The notes under the pieces are model-generated. The model had not been told where the DNA came from, did not search any database, and saw nothing but the letters and a program-made list of their open reading frames with translations. From Vicugna vicugna (Eukaryota): a stretch of DNA of 64,000 bases. The position numbers and the translations under genes are program-made. The DNA lies in NCBI GenBank assembly GCA_013265495.1, contig MU057403.1, forward strand, positions 62,001-126,000, in the 5' to 3' direction. Positions 63,180 to 64,000 of the stretch are shown in pieces; within the stretch, counting starts at the first letter, position 1; every line of letters begins with the position of its first letter.

Positions 63180-64000
63180 CTGTAAAAGAAGTCCAAAGGA
63201 ATTGGCTGCATTATGCATGGAAAAGACTTTCAGGGAACAATATTTTTTAAACAATCTCGGTATTATTTAAAAGCATTATTTAGTGCCTAAAACATTATAG
63301 TTCTTTTCTGTCTTTTCTTTCTTTTACTTAGTTTTCGAGTGACTATGAGATTTTCCTCACTCCTGAAATGAAGAGGGGGAGTTTTCAAAGGACTGACCAC
63401 GTTCAGTCTGTTTCATGTGCCTAAAGAAAGGAAGGAAAACACTCTATTTTTCCATTAGGACTTTTGAGATCAGATGACTTGGGAAGTGAGGCAAATGCAA
63501 AGACACAGAGGTACCAGCCTGACTGCCTTCACCTAGGAAAAAAATAAAAATAAAAGGAGGAGAGAAAATAAACATGTCTTCTCTCAGCAATGAGTATTTG
63601 GCCTGAACATTCTAGTCTGGTCTTTTTAGATCAAAGACACAGACATTAGAGGGGAAGGTCATGGATTCCACGGAATCCAGCACCTCCAGGCACTGTCACT
63701 CACTCGTGATTTGACCTGAGTTAAACTGCTAACTTCTGGAGTCTCATTCTCTCATCTCTAGAATATATTAAATATAGTAACTCCTGGCAATAATAGATGT
63801 TGATTGTTAGTTTTTCTTCCTTCAGAGTGAAAAAAAAAACTCTTTTAGCTTATTTTTTCTTTGCTATTTTATGGTTTCCAATATACTCTATAAACTAGGC
63901 TGTGTTCTACAAAAGATCAATAATATAGCTTGATAAATATTATTGACAGCATTTGACATACAAGATGTCTGGGAAATCAGTTAACAAATGAAATATTTTT

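Noticed and set aside
1..64000. Remaining 60-120 aa ORFs in the track
   Set aside because: Antisense to exons, repeat-derived or chance ORFs without recognisable domains or splice support

Overview
Mammalian genomic DNA spanning most of the mannose receptor gene MRC1 (CD206) on the minus strand. I mapped 23 consecutive coding exons by hand (human exons 4-26, encoding CTLD1 to the start of CTLD8). All have canonical GT-AG boundaries and compatible phases, totalling 3159 nt (1053 codons) with no stop or frameshift, so the gene looks intact. Exons 1-3 and 27-30 lie outside the window. The tRNA-derived SINEs and L1 3' ends suggest a camelid or related cetartiodactyl (inference). Introns contain L1, SINE, MaLR, hAT, MIR and L2 relics. 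The best leads are: (1) the intron-5 miR-511 locus, which has changes in both seeds and uncompensated stem mismatches; (2) two L1 copies whose normal 3' end is replaced by the same foreign tail; (3) a multi-layer L1 nest in intron 9 with a young 397-bp tandem duplication and a twin-priming inversion; (4) a Phe-to-Ser change at a conserved CTLD7 position; (5) a ~150-nt AG-free insertion at the exon 14 acceptor. I found no convincing wholly new biological system. Comparisons to human sequences and repeat family names are from memory and need database confirmation.
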